Shown here one piece after another: positions 19,628-29,815 of a DNA stretch of 64,000 nt. How positions within the stretch are numbered: position 1 is the stretch's first letter; the number at the start of each line of letters is the position of its first letter. The notes under the pieces were generated by a model. The model worked only from the letters and a program-made list of their open reading frames with translations. It was not told where the DNA came from and did not search any database. Made by a program: the position numbers and the translations under genes. Source of the DNA: an uncultured Veillonellaceae bacterium (GTDB taxonomy: Bacteria; Bacillota; Negativicutes; JARBTT01); NCBI GenBank assembly GCA_963805085.1, contig CAWDTA010000002.1, positions 2,074,207-2,138,206 of the forward strand, in the 5' to 3' direction.

Positions 19628-19855
19628 ATGACTGAAAATTATTATTCCGGAGATGATTTAGATGCATCGATTCCAGATAAACATGAGGTTGCTAAAGATC
19701 TCGGAATACCACTAGTCAATGGCTATAACGGAAACCTGACAACTAAGGATGTGGGACGGATTGGTGGTAGAATGGGCGGTAAAATCGGTGGAGAAAAAGT
19801 GAGGAAAATGATCCAAGCAGCTGAAGACCAAATGGCAAGAGAGGATACTCATTGA
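19628..19855 (+). CDS. Alpha/beta-type small acid-soluble spore protein
   Basis: KHEVAKDLG..NGNLTTKDVGRIGG..VRKMIQAAE. Confidence 0.88.
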   Translation: MTENYYSGDDLDASIPDKHEVAKDLGIPLVNGYNGNLTTKDVGRIGGRMGGKIGGEKVRKMIQAAEDQMAREDTH

Positions 19856-19876
19856 ATTTTGCGAGAAAAATTCAAT

Positions 19877-19974
19877 GTAATGTTTCTCTTTGTCTTAACT
19901 TTGATATAAGCAAATGATAAAGAATATAAGAAAGTAAAAACTCCAACTGATTTTGGTGTCAGTTGGAGTTTTTA
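19877..19974 (+). repeat. ~100 bp direct repeat, family F, copy 1 (ends in a terminator hairpin)
   Basis: atgtttctctttgt..gataaagaatataagaaag.aaaaactccaactga..cagttggagttttta matches 24268-24366. Confidence 0.9.
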
Positions 19975-20044
19975 TGTAGAAGCATATAATGCTATAATTA
20001 TCTTGTATATTTTTAGAATATGAGACAGAAAGAGGGGCTTTATC

Positions 20045-20662
20045 ATTCGAAATATAATATTTGACGTTGACGGGACATTATGGGATACGACGGAAGTGGT
20101 AGCAAAGGCCTGGAATAAGGCAATTTCTGAAGTCGGAGGAACTGCGGCAGTGGTAAGCGCCACTGTGTTAAAGAAAGAATTTGGTAAGACGATGAAGGTC
20201 ATCGCCGATGATTTGTTTTATGATGCCGATGAGAGAACGAAAGAATTACTAATGAAAAAGTGCTGTATATGTGAGCATGAGGCATTGGAAGAAAATGAGG
20301 ATAACCTGTTGTTTCCCGATGTAGTAGAAACCATAAAAAAACTTGCAGGGAAATATCGTTTATTTATTGTTAGTAATTGTCAAGCGGGCTATATTGAATT
20401 GTTCATGAAAAAGGCAGGGCTTGAGCCGTATATTGAGGACTGGGAATGCTTTGGTAATACTGACAAAGGAAAAGGCGAAAACATCATGCTGCTCACGAAA
20501 AGAAACCAATTAACTGATGCTGTATATGTTGGCGATACACAGGGAGATTATGAGGCAACACAAATGGCTCAGATTCCTTTTATCTTTGCAAAGTATGGTT
20601 TTGGTCATGTGGAAAACTGTGAAAGCGCAATCAGCGGAATAACAGAGCTACTAAATTTGTAG
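20045..20662 (+). CDS. HAD-superfamily hydrolase (start codon non-canonical or mutated)
   Basis: Frame upstream of the called GTG reads IRNIIFDVDGTLWD (motif I); VSNC, YVGDTQGD; SD AGAGGGG followed by ATC/ATT. Confidence 0.8.
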   Translation: MRNIIFDVDGTLWDTTEVVAKAWNKAISEVGGTAAVVSATVLKKEFGKTMKVIADDLFYDADERTKELLMKKCCICEHEALEENEDNLLFPDVVETIKKLAGKYRLFIVSNCQAGYIELFMKKAGLEPYIEDWECFGNTDKGKGENIMLLTKRNQLTDAVYVGDTQGDYEATQMAQIPFIFAKYGFGHVENCESAISGITELLNL

Positions 20663-20670
20663 GAGATACT

Positions 20671-20737
20671 CGACTCCACCATTCAACCGTTCAAATCTAG
20701 AATGCTTATGAAGCCACAAATTTCGTGGCTTTTTTGC
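20671..20737 (+). repeat. Ala-acceptor-like end CGACTCCACCA followed by a terminator
   Basis: cgactccacca 20671-20681; aagccac..gtggcttttt hairpin similar to 54822-54850. Confidence 0.55.
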
Positions 20738-21027
20738 TATATGTGTTTTTAAAAGATCATGGGTCATTGAGCGAGAAGTGTCATAGTGATAAATTAGTAA
20801 AAAAATGCAGGAAATATGACTTAATATGTTGAAATATGACACAATATATTGAAACATCCATAAATTACTTTGAAAGTAGATTATGAATATTTTTAGTAAG
20901 ATCACCTTAATGTACAAGTTATGGTTTATTTATTAGTAGGCGCTTTAGTGGTTGCTTATTAGCGAAAAATAACAGTTGAAACTCGGAGTGGCAATTTTAA
21001 GGCAGAGAAATGGATAGGTGGTGTAAA

Positions 21028-22101
21028 ATGATTAATATTAAATCACAAGCAGTGAAGAAAATAATCGAACAAAAAGTAGAATATTTAGTACCTGGGATGG
21101 AGGTAGCCCGTGAGATCTATACAGATGATGGTTCAGTATTGGCAATTGAGAGTACCATTATTAATAAGTCTCTTATAGAAAAACTGAAAAATTGGAAGAT
21201 TGAGAAAGTAGACATTATTGCTGAAATAACAGATAATCCGATTACTGATCCTAAAATCCAACAGTTCCTGAATAGTTATAATCAATCAGTGACAGTTGTG
21301 CAACAAGCTTTTGATAATATCCGCCAAAGCCAAGAAGTCCCTATTGAAACTTTTACACAAACTGCTGATGAGATCGTAGATAATGTATCTGATAGTAGTG
21401 ATTTGATTGATCAAATGTATAACTTACCTAACTGTGATGATTATACTTTTCGCCATAGTGTTAATGTAAGTGCCATTGCGGCCCTTATTGCTACATGGCT
21501 CAAGTTTCCTCAGGAGAGTATCAGTGCCATTGCTCTAGCAGGGCTTTTACATGATGTAGGTAAATCGCAATTGCCGCCAGAGATATTAAATAAACCGTAT
21601 AGGCTTGCCCCTAAGGACTATGAACTATACCAAACACATACTGCAATTGGTTATGACTTAGTTAATAAAATACCCAACATAGCACAAAGTATATTGTCAG
21701 GGATCATGGACCATCATGAACGCGAAGATGGATCTGGTTATCCTAAACAATTACGATCAGACGACATTCATCCTTATGCTAAAATTATCGCTGTGGCTGA
21801 TATGTTTGATGAATCTTTGACGATTAATTGTGATACTCCAGGTGCGATAAGCCCTTATTTAAGTTTAGGAAAACTGCGCAAGGAAATATACCTCGTTGAT
21901 GCTAAAGCTTGCATTACTTTTACGGAAAATATGATGAATTTTCTCTCTGGTAATCGAGTAATGCTCACGAATAATCAACAAGGGAGAGTCGTTTTTGTAA
22001 ATAAAGATAAACCATCTCATTCTATTGTGCAGCAAGATGATGGTACTGTTATTGATTTATCGGCAACCAAGGATATCTCTATTCACTATGTTGTTAAGTA
22101 A
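21028..22101 (+). CDS. HD-GYP domain c-di-GMP phosphodiesterase
   Basis: HSVNV, LLHDVGK, HHEREDGSGYP, IIAVAD. Confidence 0.92.
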   Translation: MINIKSQAVKKIIEQKVEYLVPGMEVAREIYTDDGSVLAIESTIINKSLIEKLKNWKIEKVDIIAEITDNPITDPKIQQFLNSYNQSVTVVQQAFDNIRQSQEVPIETFTQTADEIVDNVSDSSDLIDQMYNLPNCDDYTFRHSVNVSAIAALIATWLKFPQESISAIALAGLLHDVGKSQLPPEILNKPYRLAPKDYELYQTHTAIGYDLVNKIPNIAQSILSGIMDHHEREDGSGYPKQLRSDDIHPYAKIIAVADMFDESLTINCDTPGAISPYLSLGKLRKEIYLVDAKACITFTENMMNFLSGNRVMLTNNQQGRVVFVNKDKPSHSIVQQDDGTVIDLSATKDISIHYVVK

Positions 22102-22413
22102 TATAAGACAACCATACAAGGTGGCGGTTTGCAGTGATTTAAATTGTCATGAGCGGGAATATGCCATAGTATAATAGTAAAATTTTTCTGCTTTTTAGTT
22201 ATTTGTTAATCGTGCTCGGGGATAGCAAGCCCATAATAATTAAGAGTAATTTCAACTAATTGGGCGATAGCTTTGTTTTTTAGTGAAAAACATAGTGGAA
22301 AATAAAGGGAAATTGGTATTGGGGGCGAAATAATTATCTTGGATAAGCATTAGCAGTCATATAACGATATTTATTGCTTATTGAAACTTTAATTTAGTGT
22401 AGGAGGGGCTTGT

Positions 22414-23214
22414 GTGGAAAAACTTTTGTCAAAGGTATCATTAGGTATAATAATAGCGGCTTTTTTTATTTTATGTCGTACTGGAAGCGCTGATGCAGCT
22501 AATGTCACCAAAACCTTGGATGAGAATACTAAAATAACGCCACCTGGGGTTATAGTGACAACATGGGATGAAATACCGAGGTTTAAGAAAGGAACCGTTG
22601 TTACACTTAACGAGTATGGTGAGGTTCTTGAAGGGACATTAGATGAAAATATAAGCTTGCCATATGAAAGTGGCAAAGCTCAGGATTCTAATAACACATC
22701 AGCAATGGCGTTCACGCCTCCACCGTTTTATATGTGCACTTACAATACAGAGACTGTGTTAAAATATAGAGTTCTTTCGTTTAAGGGTGGCACAAAAGTT
22801 GTGTTCAATAATAGAGGTGAAGTGATCAAAGGTACAATAAATACTTCTAGTGAATGTATTAATTTAAATCAAACAAATCATATTTTTGTAACTAAAGAGA
22901 TAAGCTTTAATAAAAATGGGATGCCAGTAACTTGTACCTTAGCCGCTGCTTCTTTTCTCCGCCCAGTCGGTTGGTCAGAAATTTTAACTGCAAATTATAC
23001 AAATAATTCGATATGTTCAGGTCTTGTTGAATTTAAGTCTGGAAGTTCAATTGTGTTAAATGATAAAGGGGAAGTAGTCAAAGGGACACTAAACAAAGAT
23101 ACCCAGCTGCTTTCTGTGGGCACATTTAACATTACTGCGCCAAAGCTTTTTGAAGCTAATACCACGGTAGAATTTGATGACAAGGGTATTGTAATAAAGG
23201 CTTCGAAAGAATAA
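22414..23214 (+). CDS. Secreted hypothetical protein with internal beta-rich repeats
   Basis: Signal peptide ending ADA; four FKxGxxxxxNxxGEVxxGT-like repeats. Confidence 0.75.
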   Translation: MEKLLSKVSLGIIIAAFFILCRTGSADAANVTKTLDENTKITPPGVIVTTWDEIPRFKKGTVVTLNEYGEVLEGTLDENISLPYESGKAQDSNNTSAMAFTPPPFYMCTYNTETVLKYRVLSFKGGTKVVFNNRGEVIKGTINTSSECINLNQTNHIFVTKEISFNKNGMPVTCTLAAASFLRPVGWSEILTANYTNNSICSGLVEFKSGSSIVLNDKGEVVKGTLNKDTQLLSVGTFNITAPKLFEANTTVEFDDKGIVIKASKE

Positions 23215-23229
23215 AATCTAATTTAATAT

Positions 23230-23262
23230 GCTGCTTATCCTTCGGGATGAGCGGCTTTTTTA
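23230..23262 (+). terminator. Intrinsic terminator
   Basis: gctgcttatcc ttcg ggatgagcggc tttttt. Confidence 0.85.
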
Positions 23263-23560
23263 TCTTAAATGACTGTCAAGAAAGATTTATAAATAAATTA
23301 TTTTTTGTTGATATTGATTATTTATTAAGAGGGATTTTATGATGACTGGCGAATAAGTAAAATTAGTAAAAGTTGTCAGTCAAAGAAAAATAAAAAGAGA
23401 GTGTGAAATCGAAAAAACGGAAATTAATTAATATTATAATATAGACTCTATACTAGGATAAACATTTGATTATACGAATGATTTCAATAACCGATATTTA
23501 TTATCAATTATTTAAGTATTATAATAAAGCTGAATTTGAAAGTAGAAAGAAGATGGAAAG

Positions 23561-24259
23561 GTGAAAAAAATAGTTTTTATCAGACACGGTGAAAGTGTTT
23601 GGAATAAGAAAAATTTATTTACTGGATGGACTGATGTTGATCTAACAGAAAAAGGAATTGCTGATGCCAGATATGCTGGTAAAATTTTGCGGCAGGAAGG
23701 TTTTTCATTTGATATAGCATATACATCTTCGTTAAAGCGGGCTATTAAAACATTGCATAATGTTTTGGAGACGATGGATTTGTTATGGATTGCTGAGTGT
23801 AAAACGTGGGTACTCAATGAACGACATTATGGTGCTTTACAGGGATTGAATAAGGCGGAAACAGCTGAGAAATATGGTGCGGATCAGGTGGCAATCTGGC
23901 GTAGAAGTTATGATGTGAAGCCACCGCAATTGGATGAAACAGAAGCAAAGAAACAGGCACAGGAAGAAAAATATAGAAGTGTTTCACCTGAATTATTGCC
24001 ACGCGGGGAAAATCTCAAGGAAACAGTGGCTCGTGTCGTTCCGTTTTGGCAGGATACGATTGTACCGTTACTGGAGAAGGAAAAAAGAATCATTATTGCT
24101 GCTCATGGCAATAGTCTGCGGGCTTTAGTGAAATACATTGATAAGGTATCGGATGACGAGATTGTCAACTTAGAGATACCTACAGGGGTTCCCTTAGTTT
24201 ACGAATTTGATGATGAACTGCGGCCTTTGAAGCATTATTATCTGCAGAGAAATGTCTAA
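23561..24259 (+). CDS. gpmA: 2,3-bisphosphoglycerate-dependent phosphoglycerate mutase
   Basis: IRHGESVWN, FTGWTDVDL, LNERHYGALQG, AHGNSLR. Confidence 0.96.
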   Translation: MKKIVFIRHGESVWNKKNLFTGWTDVDLTEKGIADARYAGKILRQEGFSFDIAYTSSLKRAIKTLHNVLETMDLLWIAECKTWVLNERHYGALQGLNKAETAEKYGADQVAIWRRSYDVKPPQLDETEAKKQAQEEKYRSVSPELLPRGENLKETVARVVPFWQDTIVPLLEKEKRIIIAAHGNSLRALVKYIDKVSDDEIVNLEIPTGVPLVYEFDDELRPLKHYYLQRNV

Positions 24260-24267
24260 TATACAAA

Positions 24268-24366
24268 GTGATGTTTCTCCTTGTATAAACTTTCATCTAA
24301 ACAAACGATAAAGAATATAAGAAAGCAAAAACTCCAACTGATTTTGAGATGCAGTTGGAGTTTTTA
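24268..24366 (+). repeat. ~100 bp direct repeat, family F, copy 2
   Basis: Matches 19877-19974. Confidence 0.9.
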
Positions 24367-24404
24367 TTTAGACCAAGAGGCAATAGGATAGACTGTTTGC
24401 AAAT

Positions 24405-24434
24405 TCATAGATTGCAATCTGCTTGGTAATACTA
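24405..24434 (+). promoter_or_regulatory. Putative sigma-F/G promoter
   Basis: TCATA-15-GGTAATACTA; same context as the SASP promoters. Confidence 0.55.
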
Positions 24435-24512
24435 AGCCTAATCTACATAATAGAGGAAATCAAAAAATAGATTTTATTAAAACTTGACTACCTATTCATA
24501 GAGGTGATAATA

Positions 24513-25436
24513 ATGGATGGACGAGGACCAACTGTAATTTCTCCAGAAGATCTATTGTTGCTCGTTGTGGCGATAATTATGGGAACTATGGCGCGGATTC
24601 TTGTTTTAAAGGTAGATTATAAGCAATATCCATCCTATCCCAACGGATATTTGATTCATATTGTTTTGGCCTTTATAGCAGCTTCGATAGGTGCTGCCGC
24701 AATTCCCGCAATTAAATCGAATAATTATACTGCGGTAACATTTCTTGCTTTAGCAGTACAACACTTTAGAGATGTAAGAAGAACTGAACGTGAAAGTCTT
24801 AAGGGATTAGAAGCGACGGAATATACGCCGAGAGGCGATGCCTATATAGATGGAATTGCTAAAACATTTGAGGCACGAAATTATTTTGCGCTAGTCGTTT
24901 CGTTTATTTCAGCAGCTTCTATGGAGATTGTAGTATTTTTACATTTAGGAATGATTGTACAGGCAGGTGCAGGTGTTCTCACAGGATTAATAATGTATCG
25001 AATCATAAGTGATTTTTCAAAAGGAAAAACAGTTGGCGATGTTGCGACGGTACGACTTGGCGAAATAACAGTAGAAGGATCAGAGGTATCTGTTGAAGGT
25101 ACTTTTGTTACAAATCTGGCAGGTACCAAAAATGCTCAAAAAATGATATTGGAAGAAGGAGTGGCTATTATTATAAAAGCAAATGAAGAGCATACTGCAA
25201 TAGCTCTTCATAATTTTGGTCAGCGGAAAGCGATCCTATTTGAAGCTACTCGTTCTTTAGGGGCAAAACGTTACAATTTTACACGGAAAGATTATCAAAC
25301 GGGGGAAATAATAATCCTTTTTGTACCAATCGTTAGAGATATCGAAAAAATAATTGATATTGTTAAAAATACCCCATTACTTGAATCTGTGAAAAAAAGT
25401 CATGTAGTACTGAAAGGCAAAGTCAAGGGAGGCTAA
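24513..25436 (+). CDS. YIEGIA-family membrane protein
   Basis: DYKQYPSYP, FRDVRRTER, PRGDAYIDGIAKTFEARNY, PLLES. Confidence 0.9.
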   Translation: MDGRGPTVISPEDLLLLVVAIIMGTMARILVLKVDYKQYPSYPNGYLIHIVLAFIAASIGAAAIPAIKSNNYTAVTFLALAVQHFRDVRRTERESLKGLEATEYTPRGDAYIDGIAKTFEARNYFALVVSFISAASMEIVVFLHLGMIVQAGAGVLTGLIMYRIISDFSKGKTVGDVATVRLGEITVEGSEVSVEGTFVTNLAGTKNAQKMILEEGVAIIIKANEEHTAIALHNFGQRKAILFEATRSLGAKRYNFTRKDYQTGEIIILFVPIVRDIEKIIDIVKNTPLLESVKKSHVVLKGKVKGG

Positions 25437-25440
25437 ATAA

Positions 25441-25647
25441 ATGGGAAATGAGTATGCACAGGTGCAAACGTCAGGAATCATAGCAGCTATAATTTTATCA
25501 TGCCATAAGGTTGTGGGAAGTGCAGCATTAATAATTGAAGCTCAAGATGAAAAAGAACAAGAAAAATTGACTGTGGAAATTTCCAAGGCTGTTAAAGGAG
25601 ATGTCATGCTACTAAGTAATGGAATCTATTTAGTTCTACGTGGTTAA
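25441..25647 (+). CDS. Putative YIEGIA capping-complex subunit
   Basis: Small protein directly downstream of the YIEGIA gene, ending LSNGIYLVL. Confidence 0.7.
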   Translation: MGNEYAQVQTSGIIAAIILSCHKVVGSAALIIEAQDEKEQEKLTVEISKAVKGDVMLLSNGIYLVLRG

Positions 25648-25780
25648 GGCATAAATTTAATTAGGTTTGTTTAAAACCTTTTCAAAAATATTCTCACTTT
25701 TAATCGTATTGTTTGTAATGAGATACTATTAAAAGTGAAGGTTTTCTTTGTCTACAACTCAATGATTTCAGCCCTTATAG

Positions 25781-26518
25781 TTAGTCTATATCAAAACCTT
25801 TACTCGCTAAAAATGTTTTCATATGTGGACGTAATTTTGTCTTCATCATACTGGTGACTCCTTGGGTCCAAGTATTGCTTCGTTTGCCAGCTGTTCTCTC
25901 TCTGTAATATTCTGAAATAATGCGATCGTATTCCAGCAAGGCTGCGTCATCACCTTCGGTGGTATAGAACTCTTCTTTGAGTACCAGAGATAGTGGTAAG
26001 CGTGGCTTAACTGCATTTCGTTTCTCAGGATACCCAAGGCACATTCCAAATACTGGATAGACATGTTGCGGAATTTTTAGAAGTTCACAGACTTGCTGTG
26101 GATTATTTCTAATCCCGCCAATGTAGACACCACCGAGACCTACCGCTTCTGCAGCTACCATGATATTTTGTGCCACCAAGGCGGTATCTACTGTGGACAA
26201 TAAGAAGGCTTCACTTGATCCGGCATTCATACTTTCTTGATTCATACTGCAGGCTGTTTTGAGTCTAAGCAAATCAGCACAAAAAACCAGAAACACTGGA
26301 CAATTTTTTACATATTCCTGGTCACCACACAGCTGGGCCAATACTTCCTTTTGCTTATGATTACGCACCCGGATAATAGTATATGCCTGAATATGGTTGG
26401 AGGTAGAAGCGTGCTGTCCAGCCTGCACTAGCTCGGCAACAAGACTATCTTCAACCGGTTCCGCTATAAATTTTCGCACTGAACTATGACTTTTCATTAG
26501 TGTAATTACTTCATTCAT
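25781..26518 (-). CDS. nfsA: Oxygen-insensitive NADPH nitroreductase (NfsA/NfrA1)
   Basis: HSSVRKF, ASTSNHIQAY, GVYIGGIRN, KPRLP. Confidence 0.9.
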   Translation of the reverse strand: MNEVITLMKSHSSVRKFIAEPVEDSLVAELVQAGQHASTSNHIQAYTIIRVRNHKQKEVLAQLCGDQEYVKNCPVFLVFCADLLRLKTACSMNQESMNAGSSEAFLLSTVDTALVAQNIMVAAEAVGLGGVYIGGIRNNPQQVCELLKIPQHVYPVFGMCLGYPEKRNAVKPRLPLSLVLKEEFYTTEGDDAALLEYDRIISEYYRERTAGKRSNTWTQGVTSMMKTKLRPHMKTFLASKGFDID

Positions 26519-26724
26519 TTTGAACCCTCCAGATTTAGCTAATTTATTTACCTTATTTAACGTTTCCAACAAAAAAATAAAACTCCTGCCGCCTTTTCAT
26601 TGAAAATACAATGTGCTTGTTTTTTATGTCTTAAATTATAGCTATGGAATTATCCTGTCGAGCACGTTTTTTGTTGATAATTATATAAGTCTAATTAAAG
26701 CGTTATCTAATGTAAGAATGTTTT

Positions 26725-27327
26725 TTATAGTCTATACACTGAAAAACTATTACGACGATCTTTGTCATATAAATAGGGTGATTTTATTTCATTCAAAAAC
26801 ATAAAGGGAGTACTGTTTTCTATAAAGTATATATAATCATATGTTGGATAATACAATATAATATCTACTGTTCTTTCATAGCCTTCTACAGAAATCAAAA
26901 TATTCCCGATAACCTTTGTAAATATTTGTATAGAAAAAGGGTTAAAGAAGTAGAATTTATTATCTGAGGGATTTATATTATATTCTTCTGCGAAGCAATT
27001 TAAAAAAATTATTTTATTTGATTTCTTTTTATGTTTCTTTAAATAATCTTTTTTATTATCAATAGCTTGTCTGTAGAAGAAGGTATTCATTTCTATACCT
27101 GTAACAGTGGAATCAAAAAAATGATTTATGTAAAAATTAAGCCTTCCTTTGCCACATCCAAAGTCAACTATATTATCTTCTGCTGTGAAGTTATACTGTT
27201 TAGATAATATTTCTAATACGGAGTAGGAGGTTGGTTCATATCTGTTGTAATGAGGTGAATCATTACATATTTTTTGTTCTCCTGAGGTTTTTATATTTAA
27301 TAGCTTTTCATAATCTTGTTCGTCCAT
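26725..27327 (-). CDS. Class I SAM-dependent methyltransferase
   Basis: YEPTSY, VDFGCGKGR, FYFFNPF. Confidence 0.85.
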   Translation of the reverse strand: MDEQDYEKLLNIKTSGEQKICNDSPHYNRYEPTSYSVLEILSKQYNFTAEDNIVDFGCGKGRLNFYINHFFDSTVTGIEMNTFFYRQAIDNKKDYLKKHKKKSNKIIFLNCFAEEYNINPSDNKFYFFNPFSIQIFTKVIGNILISVEGYERTVDIILYYPTYDYIYFIENSTPFMFLNEIKSPYLYDKDRRNSFSVYRL

Positions 27328-27515
27328 TATAAATCCCTTCTGATTTTAAATTTTACGTAAGCTTGAATAACTACTTTAAAGTATATAATGATGAAATACA
27401 TAGCGCAAATAAGACAACTATTGACTCAAACCACAATTATCTGGTGGTTAAAAATATTTTAATCAAAATTTTACAGTAATAGCCCCTTGTAAGACTTGTG
27501 TGTGTGATATAATAT

Positions 27516-27797
27516 ATGGAAAATGGCAAAGGTTGGTTGTATCTTGCGGATGTTATAGACTTGTATAGCGATAAATTTGTAGATAGCTCCATGTCTGCAA
27601 GCCTTTTTGGTACGTTCAAAACTGAGTTGATTTATCATGGAAAATATAGAACCAGGAATCAGGCAGGAGCTGCTATCTTAGATTATGCTGAATCATTCTA
27701 TAATAGAATCCAACATCAGGCAAGGCTTGGATACAATTTTCCAGAAAATTATGAAAAACTTAGAATTTCAGCGTATGGATGTATCTGGCTGAGCTGA
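27516..27797 (+). pseudogene. IS3-family transposase (orfB) remnant with internal deletion
   Basis: GWLYLADVIDLYS joined directly to FGTFKTELIY..FYNR..RLGY; HSDQG region missing. Confidence 0.8.
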
Positions 27798-27841
27798 TCT
27801 GGGACAAATAAAAGTATTGGATATGTCAGGGGGAAGGATTT

Positions 27842-29542
27842 TTGGCAATTAAAGCTACTCTGCAAAAATTAATAATACAACTATGGGCAGGATTTAGCTT
27901 ACGCAAAAAGTTAAGCATTGCATTTGTAACTATGACCGTAATGCCGATTATCCTTATAACTGTAATAACATGGCAACCGCAAGAGCAAGTTATGAAGAAT
28001 TCTATCAGTGAAAGAAATAGAATGTTAGCTGAGTACATTGCTAGCGACATTAATGATATGTTTACAGAAAGAATAAGGGTTTTGAACAATGCTATTAATA
28101 ATGAAAAGATTAAATCTATGGTTCCAGATCAGCAAATATCTATACTGAGTGACATTGTCACTCAGTACCCAGATATGCAACTCGCTGTTGTATCGGATCT
28201 TGCTGGCAGGCAGATTGCTCGCTGGGATGGAAAAGAGGCTGATCATGCTATTAGTTATACCGATCGTGAATATTTTAATACTGTACTAAAAACAGGTGAA
28301 ATGGCCATTTCAGGTGTTATTGTGGCCAAAAGTACGCAGAAATTAGGAATTGTGATTGCTGAACCAATTAAGAAGGATGAAAGTTTGGTTGGTGTACTAA
28401 TTATTAACATTGAATTAAGCAAGTTGATTCAACGTGTTGGTGACACAAAAGTTGGCAAAAGGGGATATGCTTATATTGTTAACAGGGAAGGTAAAGTTAT
28501 TATCCATCCTGACCTGGGACTAATCGATAACGGTGCGGATCAATCTTCTTTGTTTTACATAAAGGCGGCTATTAGTGGGCAGACGGGCTGGATGGAATAT
28601 GATTATAACAATGAGAAACGAATCGCTGCTTATAGCTATGTGCCAATCACTAAATGGGGAGTGATTGCTCAGCAACCATTGGATGAAGCTATGGGAAATG
28701 CAATGAATATAAAAATAAAAAGTATCTTAGTCATGGGCTGGACCGTTGCTATTGCTATACTAATGGCACTTGTTATAGCGGAAGCGTTGGCTAGGCCCAT
28801 TGCAGATATATCTGAGGCGACCAACCGCCTGGCAGAAGGAGACCTAACTGTAAAGTTGGAGGTTAAGTCCTTGGATGAAATTGGACAGTTGGCAACTAAT
28901 TTTAATAATATGACAAATCAACTAGTGAAAAGAGATGAAGCGCTGCGTTTGGCTCAAGAAGAACTTGAGAACCAAGTGAAAAAAAGGACCGAGGAATTGA
29001 TGACCGTAAATGAAGAGTTACGGCGTATTTCTTTTTTTGATGGCTTAACTGGCATTGCCAATCGACGCTATTTTGATGAGTTTTTAGAAAGAGAATGGCA
29101 ACGGGCAAAGCGAGAGAATACACCATTGGCATTGATTATGTTAGATGTGGATTTCTTTAAGAATTATAATGATACCTATGGTCACATCGCTGGTGACGAA
29201 TGTTTGAAAAAGATTGCAGACATATTGAAAACTACAACGAAACGGTCTACGGATCTTGTTGCTCGTTATGGTGGTGAAGAGTTCGCTATTATTTTACCAG
29301 ATACAAATGTACAAGGTGCTAGAACGGTGGGAGAAAGAGTACGAAGTGGTGTTGAAAAATTAGGAAGCAGACACAAAAAGCCGCCAATTTACGGGTTTGT
29401 TACTGTTAGTATAGGTATATCGGTTGCTATGTTAGCAAAGGAGACTCTGCCTATTACTATTATTGCTGATGCTGATGAAGCTCTTTACCAAGCAAAGCAG
29501 AGTGGACGTAACCAAATAAAAGTAGCTGAAAATAGTATGTAA
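27842..29542 (+). CDS. Cache-HAMP-GGDEF diguanylate cyclase
   Basis: Two TMs, Cache region (DREYF, YAYIVN), HAMP (DEIGQLA), DGLTGIANRR, RSTD I-site, GGEEF. Confidence 0.93.
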   Translation: MAIKATLQKLIIQLWAGFSLRKKLSIAFVTMTVMPIILITVITWQPQEQVMKNSISERNRMLAEYIASDINDMFTERIRVLNNAINNEKIKSMVPDQQISILSDIVTQYPDMQLAVVSDLAGRQIARWDGKEADHAISYTDREYFNTVLKTGEMAISGVIVAKSTQKLGIVIAEPIKKDESLVGVLIINIELSKLIQRVGDTKVGKRGYAYIVNREGKVIIHPDLGLIDNGADQSSLFYIKAAISGQTGWMEYDYNNEKRIAAYSYVPITKWGVIAQQPLDEAMGNAMNIKIKSILVMGWTVAIAILMALVIAEALARPIADISEATNRLAEGDLTVKLEVKSLDEIGQLATNFNNMTNQLVKRDEALRLAQEELENQVKKRTEELMTVNEELRRISFFDGLTGIANRRYFDEFLEREWQRAKRENTPLALIMLDVDFFKNYNDTYGHIAGDECLKKIADILKTTTKRSTDLVARYGGEEFAIILPDTNVQGARTVGERVRSGVEKLGSRHKKPPIYGFVTVSIGISVAMLAKETLPITIIADADEALYQAKQSGRNQIKVAENSM

Positions 29543-29748
29543 CAAGCTAGCGGTGACAGTACATTTTGACGACTTAAATATTATTTCGAACAGGCCCGAT
29601 GAAACAATTGGGTGATTCGCCTCCGTTGATTAAATACTGCAATTAATTGAATCCGCCAGTTTCGCGTTTTTTTGCTTTGATGATGAAAAATTTAAAGTTG
29701 AATTGGGAATTAGGCTTTAGTTACAACGAGTGTTTTGCATATTGAAGC

Positions 29749-29815
29749 AGGAGTACCTTGCTTATGATTAGCAAAGTACTCCTATTTTTTTAGGTGTTTG
29801 GATGATTTGGTCGGT
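29749..29815. repeat. Repeat family G, copy 1 (terminator plus 3' end of a small gene)
   Basis: aggagtaccttgc..gcaaagtactcct..ttaggtgtttggatgatttgg matches 45881-45946. Confidence 0.85.

Noticed and set aside
4758-27797. Composite IS3 transposon between the two IS3 remnants
   Set aside because: Both are small decayed fragments with no matching ends or target duplication visible
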